Assembly: GCA_964247055.1 (NCBI GenBank)
Contig: OZ176057.1
Coordinates: forward strand, 3,100,001-3,164,000
Reading direction: 5' to 3'
Length of the DNA: 64,000 bases
Origin: Paragordius varius
Lineage: Eukaryota; Animalia; Nematomorpha
Shown here: piece by piece, positions 23,529 through 37,700 of the stretch
Layout of the letters: the number at the start of each line of letters is the position of its first letter
Numbering within the stretch: the stretch's first letter is position 1
The notes under the pieces: model-generated
Seen by the model: only the letters and a program-made list of their open reading frames with translations
Told to the model about the DNA's origin: nothing
The model's database searches: none
Translations under genes and position numbers: made by a program

Positions 23529-25832
23529 CTAGATGGCCCTGTCACGCTTCGCTGTGACGTAGTCTCACCAATAATTATTTTTAATTATTTGCAATAAATA
23601 GAGGTAATGGATATAAAAAAATAATAAAAAACATATTTAATAAAAGCAATGTCTTTATTTATTTACGGGTTTTTGCATAGGCTCAAATATTGTTTACCCA
23701 AATTTGACCATATTTAAACTGTCCCTTATTAAAGTTAATACATAACTATTATTGGATGTATTTTATTTTTGTTTTACGCATTTTTGGTTAAGAGTTTTAT
23801 TTTGAAAATGTGACACAGCTGAGATCAAAAGATAAAAAAGTAAATCATTTGTGGTCCATTTAAGGAAAGAATGATTATATACAAATTCCCGGGAAATGTG
23901 TTTAACCGAAGTCGTATGGCTTCTTAAGCTTTTCTAAAATTATCTCCAAAGCCACGCCATTTTGTATGGCATCTCAGTTTTAAACCGGTAGACCCCTACC
24001 CATAGACCTATGTGGAAAAAGAGCTTTCTTTGCCTTTATAGAGCAAATATTTGGAAGCTTCTTTAAAACCCGTCTCATGGGTTATTCAAAAAAATACCTC
24101 AATAAATTATCGTTGTATGATGGCGTATTTTTAAGGCACAAAGGTCCCAAATAACGGCTAATAGAAAAACGCCTGCCTTTAATTTTTACCTTGTTACGGT
24201 ATTTCAAGTTTAGAGCGCATATGGCTTCTTTCTCTAAATTAGCTCCAAAAAACGCAATTTGTATATAGTGGCGCAGTTTTTGGCGGGTAGCTAGGGACAG
24301 GTGCAAAAAAGCGTTAAACTTTGACCTTATATGGGGAATATCTAGGAATATTGATTCCTGTTCCTATTCTTATCATAGGTTTTCTGAAATTTGGCTCCAA
24401 AGGCATGCTGTACCGATATGGTGAAGCAGTTTTACGCGGATAGCTCCCTAACCAGAGGCGAAACAAAAAAAACGCTAACATTTTTGCCTTAATTTGGGTA
24501 TTAATGGATTCATGATTGATTCCATGTACACTGGGATTTTCGAAAAATTGAATCAAAACCAAAAGGTTATTCTCTGGTGGCGCATTTTTCAGGGCAAGGG
24601 CCTAATTAAGGGGTAATTAAAAACCGCTTTACCTAAATCTATTTACGGGTAAAATTTCAAGCCCTTTTTTGTCATATGGTATTATTGATATGGTGGCGCA
24701 GTTGTTGGCGGGTAGTCCCCTACCCGGAGCCAATATGGAAAAGACGCTCGATAAAAAATTTTATTATAGGGGAATACCTACATTCATTTTATATTCTTAA
24801 TAGTTTTTGGAATGCTTCAAAACTAAACAATAGCTTATAATAGCTCATTTTTTAGGGCGTAAAGTGCCTAATTAACGGCTAATTTCAAAAAACTCGACTT
24901 AAATTTTTGCCTTTTACGGGTAATATTTCAGACTCCTACTAAACTGATGTGGCCTAATAAGTTTTCTGAAAATTAACTCCTAAACAATGCAATTTAGATA
25001 TGGTGGCTCAGCTTTGCAGGTTAGCTCCCTACCCAGAGACAGATACAAAAAAAGCGCTTGAATAAAATTTTTGTCTTTTTACAGAGAATTCCTGAAATCA
25101 TAATTAATTCCATATGCTCTCATTGGTTTTTGGAAAAATTGCCTCAAAATAAAAAAATCCATCTATGGTGGCGCATTTTTCAGGGTCTGAAGGGCCTAAT
25201 AAACGGCTAATTTTGAAAAACCGCACGATCTAAGTTGCCTTGTTACTGGTAATATTTTAAGCACCTATTAAAATCATATGGCCTAATAGGTTTTCTGGAA
25301 CCCCAAAGGCACGCTATGATATAAAGGGGCAGTTTCTAGCGGGTATCTCCTTACCGAGCAGCCAATATAAAAAAAACGCACGGCTAAAATTTTTGCCTTT
25401 TAATTAAATACATCCTTATTGAAATTTAACGGTCTCATACCTTGGACAAAAAATAGATTCAAAAATTTTTGTGGAATTTTTTTAAAAAAATGGCATTTTA
25501 CGGGGGGAGCGGGAATATAGAGAACCTAAGTTAAAAAAGCGAGCCGACAATGTTCGGCGAAATCAAAAAAAAGTAAAAAATCATATTTGAAATCGAATGA
25601 TTCAACACGTTTTTCGGAAGTCTCGATGACACGATTTTTATGGACTTATGTTTTCAAAAAAAATCCTGTTTTTTGCACATGGTGGGCCCAAACTGGGGCC
25701 CTAATTTAATGGGCGAAGCTATTGTCGGGTCATTCATTGATTATATTTTTAGACATTTTGATTTTAATTGGGTCTACCGGTTTTCCGAAAACAGATCACA
25801 AAGCCAGTATTTTTATAATTATATAATTATAG
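23529..25832 (-). mobile_element. Non-autonomous Helitron copy B
   Basis: 3' end on the minus strand is the hairpin (23541-23558) followed by AGGGCCATCTAG|T. Colinear with copy A throughout; the 5' TC end is degenerate near 25832. Confidence 0.82.
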
Positions 25833-28765
25833 GAAAGCACCTAATTTGTTATTCAAATTTTTTTTATTTTTTCATATTTTTATTTTTAATAATTATTGTT
25901 TGTTTAAGATTTCTAAAAATGAAACATAAAAAAATCGAATCTGATCCAAAAGTTTTTAGAAAAGAAGAAACTTACAATGGAACCGAAGCCAAAATTGTTT
26001 ATAAATATTTTAAACCTAAACTATAGATACTTTGACCTGCTGTCTGGCACAATATCTGAATATTATATCAACGTTTATGCCACTTTATACAAACGCACCA
26101 TTAAAACTTCACATATAGTCCAGGAAAATTCATGAATGCTATTAAGGTGTCTTCTATGAGAAACGGTTAAATTTTAGTGGTTAGGCCCCCACATTAAATC
26201 GCGACCACATATGACTTGAGAGTAACTTTTGGAAAATCCCATGCGACAACTATATGTCAAGATGATAAATGATTTTTTATATGAATATAAAAATTTCCAT
26301 TAACTGTTTTTGAAGATGTGTTACTCTAAATACGGAGTCAACTACAAAAAGTATGATGAAAACATGCATCATTGGGATAAATAATAATTTTAGTATTCCC
26401 TAATTGAATGCATTTTTCAAATAAACGCATGATTATGGCCTTATCCACTGTTTAAAATGGCTTAGCGTTTTCCAAAAACCTATCACATTAGATGACTATT
26501 AGGTTATTTTGGTTATTATAAATTAGGCACAATTTCGCTTAAGTGTTTTGGTTACATTCACCGTCGTTAAGTCACCACTTTTAAAGAGTGTGAAAGCAAA
26601 CATTAAGGAGGACCCAAAAAGCCATATATTGGTAATAATTTATTTCTGTAATAAAATAATATTTATAAGCGTTAATTAATAAGACGATAAGGAATTACTA
26701 TGTTAAATAGACCAGATATAAAATAACGTGGTCTTTGAGGCAACTTTTTGGAGAAAATGAGTGATATTATTGTAATTGTTTCAAATAAACATATGAAAGT
26801 GAATATAATTAAATATTTCCAAACATACGGTAGAGCTCTACCCCATCAGATGCTTTAAACAGTATTTTAATATCTTTTGTAAGGAATCTTAGGACACAAC
26901 CGAACGCTTGATAGGCTACTGATATTTGTCTGCTGTGCAATTACTTTCGATATTAAATTTCAACATCAAACATACGAATTGCCCAGCCGCCTATCAAACA
27001 TCCAGTTTTAAAGCATGAATGCTCGACACAAACGGATTGCTGGCCGCATTTAAACTGTAAAATTCGGCGCCGCATTTGAAAATATTTAGTCAGAAATATT
27101 TTATTAGACTTTAATCAAAAGATTGTAAAACATTTGTGCATATAATATATTATTCATCTGGTCGAACTAGAACCAGAACCACATAGACAGTCCCGTTAGG
27201 TTGGAACCAACCGTCCACAAACCACCCCGGTTTCAGTCCCATTTTTTTCGTACTGGTTCGAAGCCCTGCTATCTACATTAATTTTTGTTAGTTTGCTGCC
27301 GAAATTTGGAAGGAGCTATTTAGAAAATTTGTTTATAACAATAAAATATTTATAAACCACCATATGGGATTGGTAATTTTTGTCGGGCTGACATATCTAG
27401 AATCGCATAAGCATACTGTACATCCCAGTTAGCTGTGCACTCTTTCCTGCTAAAGAAAGATTGAAAAACTAAAGTATTTAATATGTATTTAAAGTATACA
27501 GCTAATTTAAAATGGTTTATTTCCCAATAAAAACAGGAATGCATTAAGATTACACCAATTTAAATATATTTTAAAAATTGTAATAAACAAAAATAGGTAT
27601 TTTGAAGGTATGCATCCAGTTTCAATGGTGAATGTTTCGAAGAATTTTTAAATATTTGCCAAAATTATAGAACAATTCGTTTAGAAATTTTGCACTATAG
27701 CGTAGTTGTTACAGTTTTTACAACAGGTCAAACCCAAAAAACAATCCTATTTTTACCATATAACATTTTCATTTCAGTACTCTGATTCGAATTAAGATCT
27801 TTGGGATGTTTAGCTTAAAATATATGTTTAAAAATGTGGAACAAAATCAAACCATTGCCAAGTTTACTATAACATTGATGCACCAAAATAAAAATGTTTT
27901 AATTAATTTGATTTTACTATTAATGAATAAATTTCAAGGTAATTTAGCTGCTTTTACTAAATATATAAATAATTCAAAATAAATCACATTTCCTCAAATA
28001 GATGTTATTTATTTAAATACCAAATTGGCTATTTTATCTTTAGAAATAAAAAAACATTATTTACAAAAATTTAGTATAAAAATTGCATCGAAGTAGTTTA
28101 AGATGGGACATTTTTCTGAATTTATTTAATTTTGGCTTTATATATTTGTAGAAAAATAGAAGCATAAAGTTAAACTAGAACCGTTTTTTTCTGTATTTTT
28201 ATAAATATCAACTTAAATATTGTGTGGGGTCGTCCCTATACCCAATTCGGCTCCAAAGTGAAATAAAATATACAATATTGTTTTGTTTTAATTATTAATT
28301 AACTTCTGTTTTGATCTAATAAAATCCAGCCTACCAGCCAAAACTCATTTTTATATAACCATGGTAGCGGTAAATGACTAAAAATGCGTTCTCAATATTT
28401 TAAAAATCTATACAGTCAAATAAAATCAGCCTTCCCATTTTTTTCCACTTATTACTTATGTAATATATTCATCCCAAAATTTTTTAGTTGTTTTATATTT
28501 TAATTTTAATCAGCAGGTTGCATACATGTACTTCAAATATATTATTTACATATATATTTTAAATTAATTATTAGGATAATACCTAAGTTGAACTTTCAAT
28601 TTATTTTTAGAGATTTTTTTAAGAACCTTGGTCAATAACATATTTGTACTAGGCAAGCAATTTTAATCTCAAAATTATTGTATCTAATCAAATATAATTT
28701 TTCAAAGATATTTAATAGCTTACACTTCTATTTCCCTCAATTATTCTATTGAAATTAACATTATA

Positions 28766-31700
28766 ATGAACAAAGTATTTTACGCTTATTCTTGGAGTTT
28801 TTTATGGCTAATACTACTCCTTTGTTCATTAAGAGGGTTTGTAAAAAGCGATGAACTAACAGAACATTTAATTACAATGGTGTCTGACAATGAATTTTCA
28901 ACGCTAGAATTACGTATACATCATTGCGATAAACTGTTTCGAAAAACATCTGGGGACAATGGTATGCGGGTACGAAATCTTAATCGAGAACGATTGCTTC
29001 AAAGCATTTTGTATCAAAATAATTCAAATAATATAACTCATCATTATAGTACTTCCTTCCTCAATCGTAGCAACCTTAACTATGATAATATTGATAGAAT
29101 TTTTTCACATATAATTTCACAAATCCAGCTAAACGTGAGCGAATATCACATTTATGTTGGGGAAATAAAAATTCGTAATGTATATTTTGACAATATTACA
29201 GAAGACATTCATTCTATAGCTGTGGAAATTGTTGGACATATAATTGTAAAATTTTTTTGGTTGGATTATTATGAAATTAATTATTTGGAATCTATTTAGG
29301 CGAGATGTTATTAACAGTGGGATTAAGTATTTATTGTTTTAAATTTCATGGTCTGTTTTGTTTTGGGAGACTAAATTTTAGATAGAGCTAATGATTAAAA
29401 TTCGCGAAATTTAGCATTACATGCTATAGAAAACAGATATACGCTACACAGATTAACTCGTTATTATTTTTTCAGAATTTATGGAGGTTTAATTTTACAT
29501 TAATCATCAGAAAAGCTCTGTTTAATAAGCCATATAATACAAGTGTCATAAAACTATATATTGAAAGTTAATATTAGTGTTTAGTATATGAGAGTAAACA
29601 ATGGATCAGCGGCACTAATAAATATAATTTAAACGCAAAAAATATTGCATTGGCCGTGCAACACATAATTCACAAAAAAAATTTATAACTGTTTGACACA
29701 TAAAAATATTTTACACAAAATACCTTCAATAAATTTAATATATAGTTGAGAGCCAAAAAGGCACTTTTAGGGCGGCATGCCGCCTGTGGCCACGGTTCGA
29801 TATCACCTCTGTGGATTGAACAAACACACAAACAACGTGTAACTCACGCGGCCAGAATTGTGGAAATAAAACAAAACATTTTATAATTAACTTCTAAAAT
29901 ATCTTAGTTAGATAACATTTATTTATAACACTAGACAACAAATTTTAACTTTTTTTAACTGCCATTCTTGTAAATTTATTTATTTCTTTTAATACATAAT
30001 TAGTATATCTGAAAAGAAAATTGGTCTAGAACCCCATAATTTTTTTATATTAGAGTTTATTGATAATTTTTGGCCCCGATTTAACATTAAACTCGAAATT
30101 TTGAAAAATAAAAGTTTTAGATATGAAGCCATGTATTTTATATCATTCGCAAGAGCGCAAAAAACTGCATTTAAATGGTAGTAAGTCATTTAAATCAATC
30201 GAATGTAAAAGTTATTTGGATTTAAATGTCGAAATTTTCAATCCTTAAATAAGTCAAGAATTTTCACAGACAAACTAATTTGAAAATCATATAAATTATT
30301 TTAATATAATTATTAGGGTTACATTACTTAATTTAAAAAAATGTTTGAAAAAGCTTTTGGTTTGCTTAATAATAAAAATTATTATTATGATAAATATTTT
30401 ACCTAGTGGATACTCAAATGCATAGTTATAACTGTAAATTTATTACATAATAGCTATAAAAGATCAAAAATACCTTAAACTTTGTTTTTATCTTTAAAAT
30501 TTCGAAATTATCGGCCTCGTAAAGAAAATAAATTAATATTGATGAGATGGTAATTTTTAAAACTTAAAAATGGCTGTTTTGAGTGACATAAAAGCAATAA
30601 AACAATGTTTTAATCAAAAAAACTTTCTTGTGTTATATTTTTTGGACATCCATCACCATCTAAATAAAGTTTGACCTATTTTCATCCATTAGTTAAAATA
30701 AAATAATTAAAAAAAATGCTTTCGCTTCGCGCGTTTGTCGCTCTTTGTGTCCAATATACTGTCGATGTAATACATATTAGTATGCATTTTATAGAGTTTA
30801 TATTACTCTTTCGAATGATATATTACAAATGGGCATTACTTGTATATTTTCAATGAAAAACATATTTTAGTAAAATTTTGATAAAGAGGGCGCATAATCA
30901 AAAAATCAAATTATACAAAATTCTTCCATCGAGTTATGTCTTTTATTTCATATTTACTGTTAAGATACTAAATATCAGAAAATGCAAAAAACTCGAGTGG
31001 CAGTAAATTTGTTGTCCAGTGTAATTTATTCACAATTACACCTTGTGCTTATTAACACCATTGTTTGTTCGGCAGTTATTAGGCCGTTAAATATTAAATA
31101 TACCGCATAAATTTGTTAAATTTAAGGTAAATATTAGCATTGATTCATAATAATATATAAAAACTTTAAAAATAATTATTTTTTTTATTTGGATAAACTA
31201 AGTTCTTTAGAAATGTTGGCAATTACACTAGACAACAAATTTTGACTTTTTTAAGTGCCATTGTAAATTTAGAATTTGTTTCATTAAAATGCATAAATAT
31301 ATATCTGAAAAAATATTGGTCTAACACTTAAGAATTATTCTTTTATTAGGGTGATATTTGACCCCGATTTAACATTAAACTTGAAATTTTCAAAAAAGTT
31401 TTAGATATAGGCCATGTACAGTGGCGTACCGAGCATTCGCGGCGACCGGGGCATAAAACCCTTATGGCGCACCACCCCTCTTTTTGAAAGCCAATAAAAC
31501 AATTTATTAAAAATACAAATTAAATGCTTCTAATTTTAGAATCTTGCAATCTAGATCCCTATCGATTCTTCTAAGTATTTGATGCAAAAAAAATAATGTT
31601 AAAAAATTGAAATTTAAAAAACTCTGAAGTAAAATGATGCCTCACTTCTTGTTTCACTAGTATTTGATGTTTTACTTATCTTCCAACAGCTCTATCAAAT

Positions 31701-34700
31701 CATCTATTCCCTCAACAATGGCATTAACTACTTGAAATCTAGCACTCCATCGGGTTTCAGACTCACGTTTAGCAGTTTTTTTAATTTATATTTTAATAGG
31801 TCCCATCTAATAGTAAAACGTGTAAAAAAATTAATTTTAAACTATTCCGAAGCAGGTCATAACAATAACATCTTGTTTTGTTACCGTGACTCCTACTAAA
31901 TCATGGAATGATTGTCAGTGTTGACAAATATTGCTCTTTACTTTTTTCCAGAATTCTTTGTTAAACGCCTGAAATATGACCCGACATCGCAGCTGCATTC
32001 TCATAGCATTGAGAATTACAATTCGATAACTGAATATTATCCATAATTAGATTTTCTAAAATTACCTTTTCAGTTGATATGCATCTTGTTGAACAAACTG
32101 AAAAACCCAATAAGGATTCTTTTATGACAACTTTTTCTCATCCTACCTGACACTTTAGAAATTTGTTCTCGGCGGATAATATTTACTTTTTTATGTCATA
32201 GATTATTTTAGCTATAACTCTTGAAGTTTAAAGATGTATAAACTCGTTTTGGATTTCGGGTGAAATATAGAAGAAATTAGGAGATTCAATTTCTAATGTG
32301 TTTTCCCATTATTGGGTCAAACTGAGCTACAATTTTTTAGTGAAGATAAGAGGTTTCCAGGATTTGGTGCTGAGTCATCTAAATACATTAAACATTCAAC
32401 ATATTCTCGAAAAGATTAGAAATTTTATGCAGGCCAATCGATGTAAAATATTTCGTCATCGATCCTTTTCCGATCGTATGTGAGCTTCTAGAGCAATTAA
32501 TCTACTTTCTGCCTTTCCAAATAATAAATGCTTTCCGATGATTGAGGCTATTTTTATGATGGATTAATTTATCTTTTTTCCTTTATTTATTAAAATCATG
32601 CGTAGATGACGGTAAAGAATTAGATCGATCAAAAAGTAGGCAACAAAAACAATACGCAGATCTGTTCTTTGGTGATTACCCAAGACCTCTCAACTTCAAA
32701 TCCTTCTTTTTTATCGACACGTCGAAAAAACCAAGTTTGGGGCATTAAGCGATGAATTTTAGTTTCAAAGAGATTGCATTTAATTTTAAATCCTTGAGAT
32801 CCACGAATCATTTCTGTGAGGATTAAACAATACGGGAATAATTTTATTAGTAAATTTTAAAAAGGCGCATCATTAACCCTATAGGTATAGCGCTTGGAAT
32901 TACTGATGGTATATTGGTAGTTCTTTCATCTCTATTTATAGGATCAATAACTAGGGTTTCAGGTGTATTTAAGTTATTATTATTATTATTAAGGGGCACC
33001 GTTATGTTTGTGTCGCATACACTTTTTTCAATGTTATGGTCAGATATTTTCGTTAAATAAGATTTCATACTCATTCGCCTTTTGTTTGTCTTATTCTTCC
33101 TGGATTTCTCGTTTCATATTTGCGTAACCGTTGAGTTTAGGCATTAATATCTGGTTGATATGAAAGTAATTATAAAAAATACAAGGTTATATTAATAACA
33201 AAAACCTACCTTGTTAGAGATGGATTTAGGGATTTTAATAAATAAAATTGTGTTTTGAAATTATATGATTAAAATCAAAATGCAATTTTAAATAAGAATA
33301 AGAAATAAGGTTTTGAACAGAGAGAGAAGTTAAAATAATTTAATTAAAGGCAATAAAAGAGTTAACAATATGTGCGTGATAAAACGTTTTTTAAGCGAAA
33401 AAATAAGTTTGCACCTGTTGAAGGGAATACCTACATGAAAGTTGTCTTTTGCATAATGTTTGCTCTTGATATTATATTTTTTATATTAGGGATTATTACG
33501 TAAATTGCTAAAAAATCTTACTTGAAAGTTGTTATTATTTTTGCATAATTTAAATTTAATTTACAAAAATCATTTAGGCGCCCCTAAATAACGGCGCCCG
33601 GAACATGATGACCCCCTTGCCCCCCTCCCCCCTCGGTACGCCACTGGCCATGTAATCTTTGGAAAAGCTTATGCTTTTTTAATAAAACTTCTTATCAAAA
33701 TTTTACCTAGTGGATATTAAAATGCATAGTTATAACTCTGATATTACATATTCGTTAAAAAAATCAAAAATACCGAAAAATTTTTTTAGCCTTTGTAATT
33801 TTAAAATTATAAGCCTCCTAAAGAAAATAAATTAATATTGATGAGATGGTAATTTTTTAAAAATCGAAAACCTAAATATGGCTGTTTTGACTGACATTAA
33901 AATAATAAAAAAGTGTTTTAATCAAAAAAACTTTCTCGTTTTATTTTCTTTAGATATTCATTGCCATCTCGACAAAGTTTGGGCTAATTTCATCCATTAG
34001 TTTATATATTAATTAGAAAAACGATCTCGCTTAGTGCGTTTGTCGCTTCCTATGTCCAATATGAACTATCAATGTAAAACATATTAGTGTACATATTATA
34101 GAGTTTTTTTTGAATGATATATTACAAATGGGCATTTGTTGTATATTTTAAAGATAATTTCGTAAAATTTTAATAAAGAAGGCGCATAATCAAAAAAATA
34201 AAATTATATAAAATTCTTAGGTGAAATTATAGATTTACTGTTTAGATGATGATAATTATCAGAAAATGCAAAAATATTGAGTGGTGGAAAAATTTGCTGT
34301 CTAGTATGATGAATAATCTTTTCAATGGTAAATAATAAAAACCAAAATAATTAGAAGTATATTGATGGTGGTAGAACGTTTTTACCATCCCATGATTGAA
34401 ATATAAAAGTCTGTTAGTTTTATTTTTTCAACGTGGCCAGCCAAATTTTTTAGGCTATAAATAAGGCCCACAAGGCAATTCATTTGTACGCCCCTTGAAT
34501 ACGGTAAAACACTGAAATCCCTTTTTTTAAATTTAAATTAAATTTTTGAAGCATTAGGCGTTATTAAGCATTTACAACTAACATCATTATGAATGCAAAA
34601 TTAGATTTTTGAAAAGTTAACAACAAATATATAATTTTTTGGCATTCATTCTCTTGTATGTCTTCAAACTTTTTTAATTCTGAAAATTTATTATTTTTCT

Positions 34701-37700
34701 TTAAACTAAGAGGCCCCAAAAGGTATATAGCTTCGCCGGCCGCAATATATATTTTATAAGATTTAAAACAAAAGACTATAAAAACCACTGTTTATATTTA
34801 ACAATTTTCGCTAGTTGAATGACAAAATTGAGTAAGACTTATTCAGAAAATTGTTGAAATAACTCATTTTTAAAATTTAGTAAAATTTTGGTATTTGAAT
34901 TTACTGGCAGGCTGTAAAAATATTTCGGGTGCAGCCTGCGGGCTACGTGTTGGACACCCCTGGTGCAAACAAAAGCCAAAACACACAATATATATTCCTA
35001 ATAAATATTTCAAATTGTCTCTAAGTTAATTTTTAACTTCAATAAACTTTTGTTATATGCGAATTCTCATATTATACCTATTTTTTAATTAAAGCGTATC
35101 TTATCTTATAGTATTGCTCTACATTAGATGACTGATTCGCATTTATGTCATATAATTAATTATATTTAATTTTCATATTTGTTAGAATGGTCTTATCTTT
35201 GACATAACTAACAAAAAATACTTCCAAATCAACAATGACAATCTGGTATATCGTATAACAGATGCACAAACTAATATAGAATGGGCGTCACCATATACAA
35301 GTAAATGATCCTTTATTTTTGATTATATACTATTGTTATTTTTTTACGGTTTTGGACACAAAACATTTATATTATTTTGATATTTTTTAAATAATATAGT
35401 AACAAGGTGGAATACCGTTAGAAAGAACCGCCCTCCCAGGCGAGTTACTAGAAAGGAGAAATTATTCATAGAAACTGGCATTTTCTTTTCCAGCCAAGAT
35501 CTTAGTTTTCCAAAAGGATATTTAATTCTCATCATAGCACACGTAATAACTGACTTTTTATTATTTCCCAAATTATAAAATAATATTTTTAATTATATAA
35601 TGATTTTAATTATTTGCCCTATAAAGGCAAAGAATTTAACTCAAGGCTTTTTCCATGTAGGTCTATAGGTAGGGGTCTACCGGAAACTGAGACGCCATAC
35701 ACAAATGGCGTGGTTTCGGAGCTAATTTTCAAAAACTTAGAAAGCCATATGAGTCCAATAGAGGCTATAAATAATAGTAAAAGTTATAGTATAGCGTTTT
35801 TTCTTTAGCCGTCAATTTGGGGTCTTTCCACCAGATAATATATTATCATGTATGCAAAGTTTTTAAAATTCCATAAAGCACCGTTTTGAAAATCTATAAG
35901 ATCATAACTATTAAATAATGTTTCGAAATAATCCACATATATGGATCGCAATTTTTTGATATTTTACGCCCTCCTTTCCCCAAAGATAGAAGGACTTCCT
36001 CGGTCTGCACCCAGAGGCTGATACAAAAAAGGCGCTTAATTTAAATTTTTGCCTTTTACGGAGATTACCTGCAATCATGATTGCTTCCATATGCTTTCAT
36101 TAGTTTTTTGAAATTGCCTACACCAAAAAATCATTTTATGGTGGAGCATTTTTCAGGGCGTAGGGGCTAATTAACGGCTAATAAAATCGCATCACCTCAA
36201 TTTTTGCCTTGTTATGGGTAATATTTTAAGCAGCTATTGGACTCATATGGCATGATAGGTTTTCTGATATTTAACTCCAAAGGCATGCTCTTTCGATATG
36301 ACCTGACAGTTTTTAGTGGGTATCTCCTTATCCAGCAGCCATAAAAGAAACTCACGACTAAAATTTATGCCTTTAACAGGGAATAGCTAGAATCCTCATT
36401 GAATATCTACGGTTTGATACCTTGAGTGAAAAATAGATTCAAAAAATTATTTTTGTGAACTTAGTCTTTTTGAAAAAAATGGGCTTTTTCAGGGGACGGG
36501 TAAAAAGAGGGCCTAAATTGAAAAGGCTAGCCCACTATGTTCGGCGCAATCGAAAATAAGTATAAAACAATTATATCTGAAATCGAATGGTCCAGCATGT
36601 TTTCCTGAAAATTCTCTCAAAGACACGATTTTTGTGGACCTGTTTTAAAAAAACCGTTTTTTACAAGGGGTGGGCCCGAACTGGGGACCTAATTAAAAAA
36701 AAATGGCGAAGCTATAGGGGTATTAATTAGTGATTATATTTTTTTGACATTTTTGAATGGGTTTACCGGTTTTCCGGAAACGTATCACAAAGCCAGCATT
36801 TTCCATTTATGAATATATAGATTATTTTTGTATGACAGATTATTTTACATTACTTAGTCAATTGGCCTGATAAAAGCTATATATTATTTAAAAAATTACT
36901 TACCACCCTACGAGATTTAGCATTTTGCGTTTCTTTGAATTATAAATAATTTAAATTGGATATACCTTTTGTAAAATTATCTTAATTAACGTTAAAACCA
37001 AGATCAAAATTTTTGTTATAGCTTTCATAAATAACAGGCATTTAAACCAGTTTAGCACCCAAACAATTGAATCAATTATTATTTATCTATCTTAATAATG
37101 TTTATAGGAGGCTACACCAAATCAATTTTTTAGACATAACAAATATAAAATAAATAAAATATTTTATGTATAAAGGATCGAATTGAACTCAAGTACAATA
37201 AAATATACATGAATATTTATATAATAAAATCGTTTTCTCATTAAATTATCGGATCAAAATATTCGATAATTTTTAATATAGAAAATATTTATTATAGTTT
37301 ATAAAAAACTTTGATGTAAATTTTTGGAGTTTATTAATTTAAAACTATGCCCTAAATGGAATCAAAATGGTTATAAAGGGGCCAGGATTGTATTTTAAAA
37401 AGGGGGAAATATCACATATCTATGTGAAGATTCCTTATGTTCAATTTCGGCTTAAAACCTACAAAAATTTAAAAATTATTTCTTTACCGGTTTTCACAGG
37501 CAAAATTATTTTTACACGGCTTTCCTTGCTTTTTATAAAAGAATAAATTTATTTCGGTTAGGTTTACAACTAACTGAATAAAATTTGAATATATTTTTAA
37601 TAAGCATCTCAGTCATAATTTTGATATTTTATATCTTTAGGTGAATTTGATGCTGAAAAAGATACAGTACATAGATATTCAAATTGTGATTGATATGTTA

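Noticed and set aside
26050-27270. Possible transposase remnant ending in a CAGGGCTTCGAACC-type end at 27268
   Set aside because: Only vague motifs and no partner TIR; too weak to call.
29246-29299. Last 17 codons of the ORF-track 177-aa ORF
   Set aside because: Intronic read-through past the ATT|gtaaaa donor.
29476-29570. Possible extra protease exon (NLWRFNFTLIIRK...)
   Set aside because: Not needed: exon 1 joins 35186 in phase and restores the prodomain motif. The segment has no clear donor and runs into a stop.
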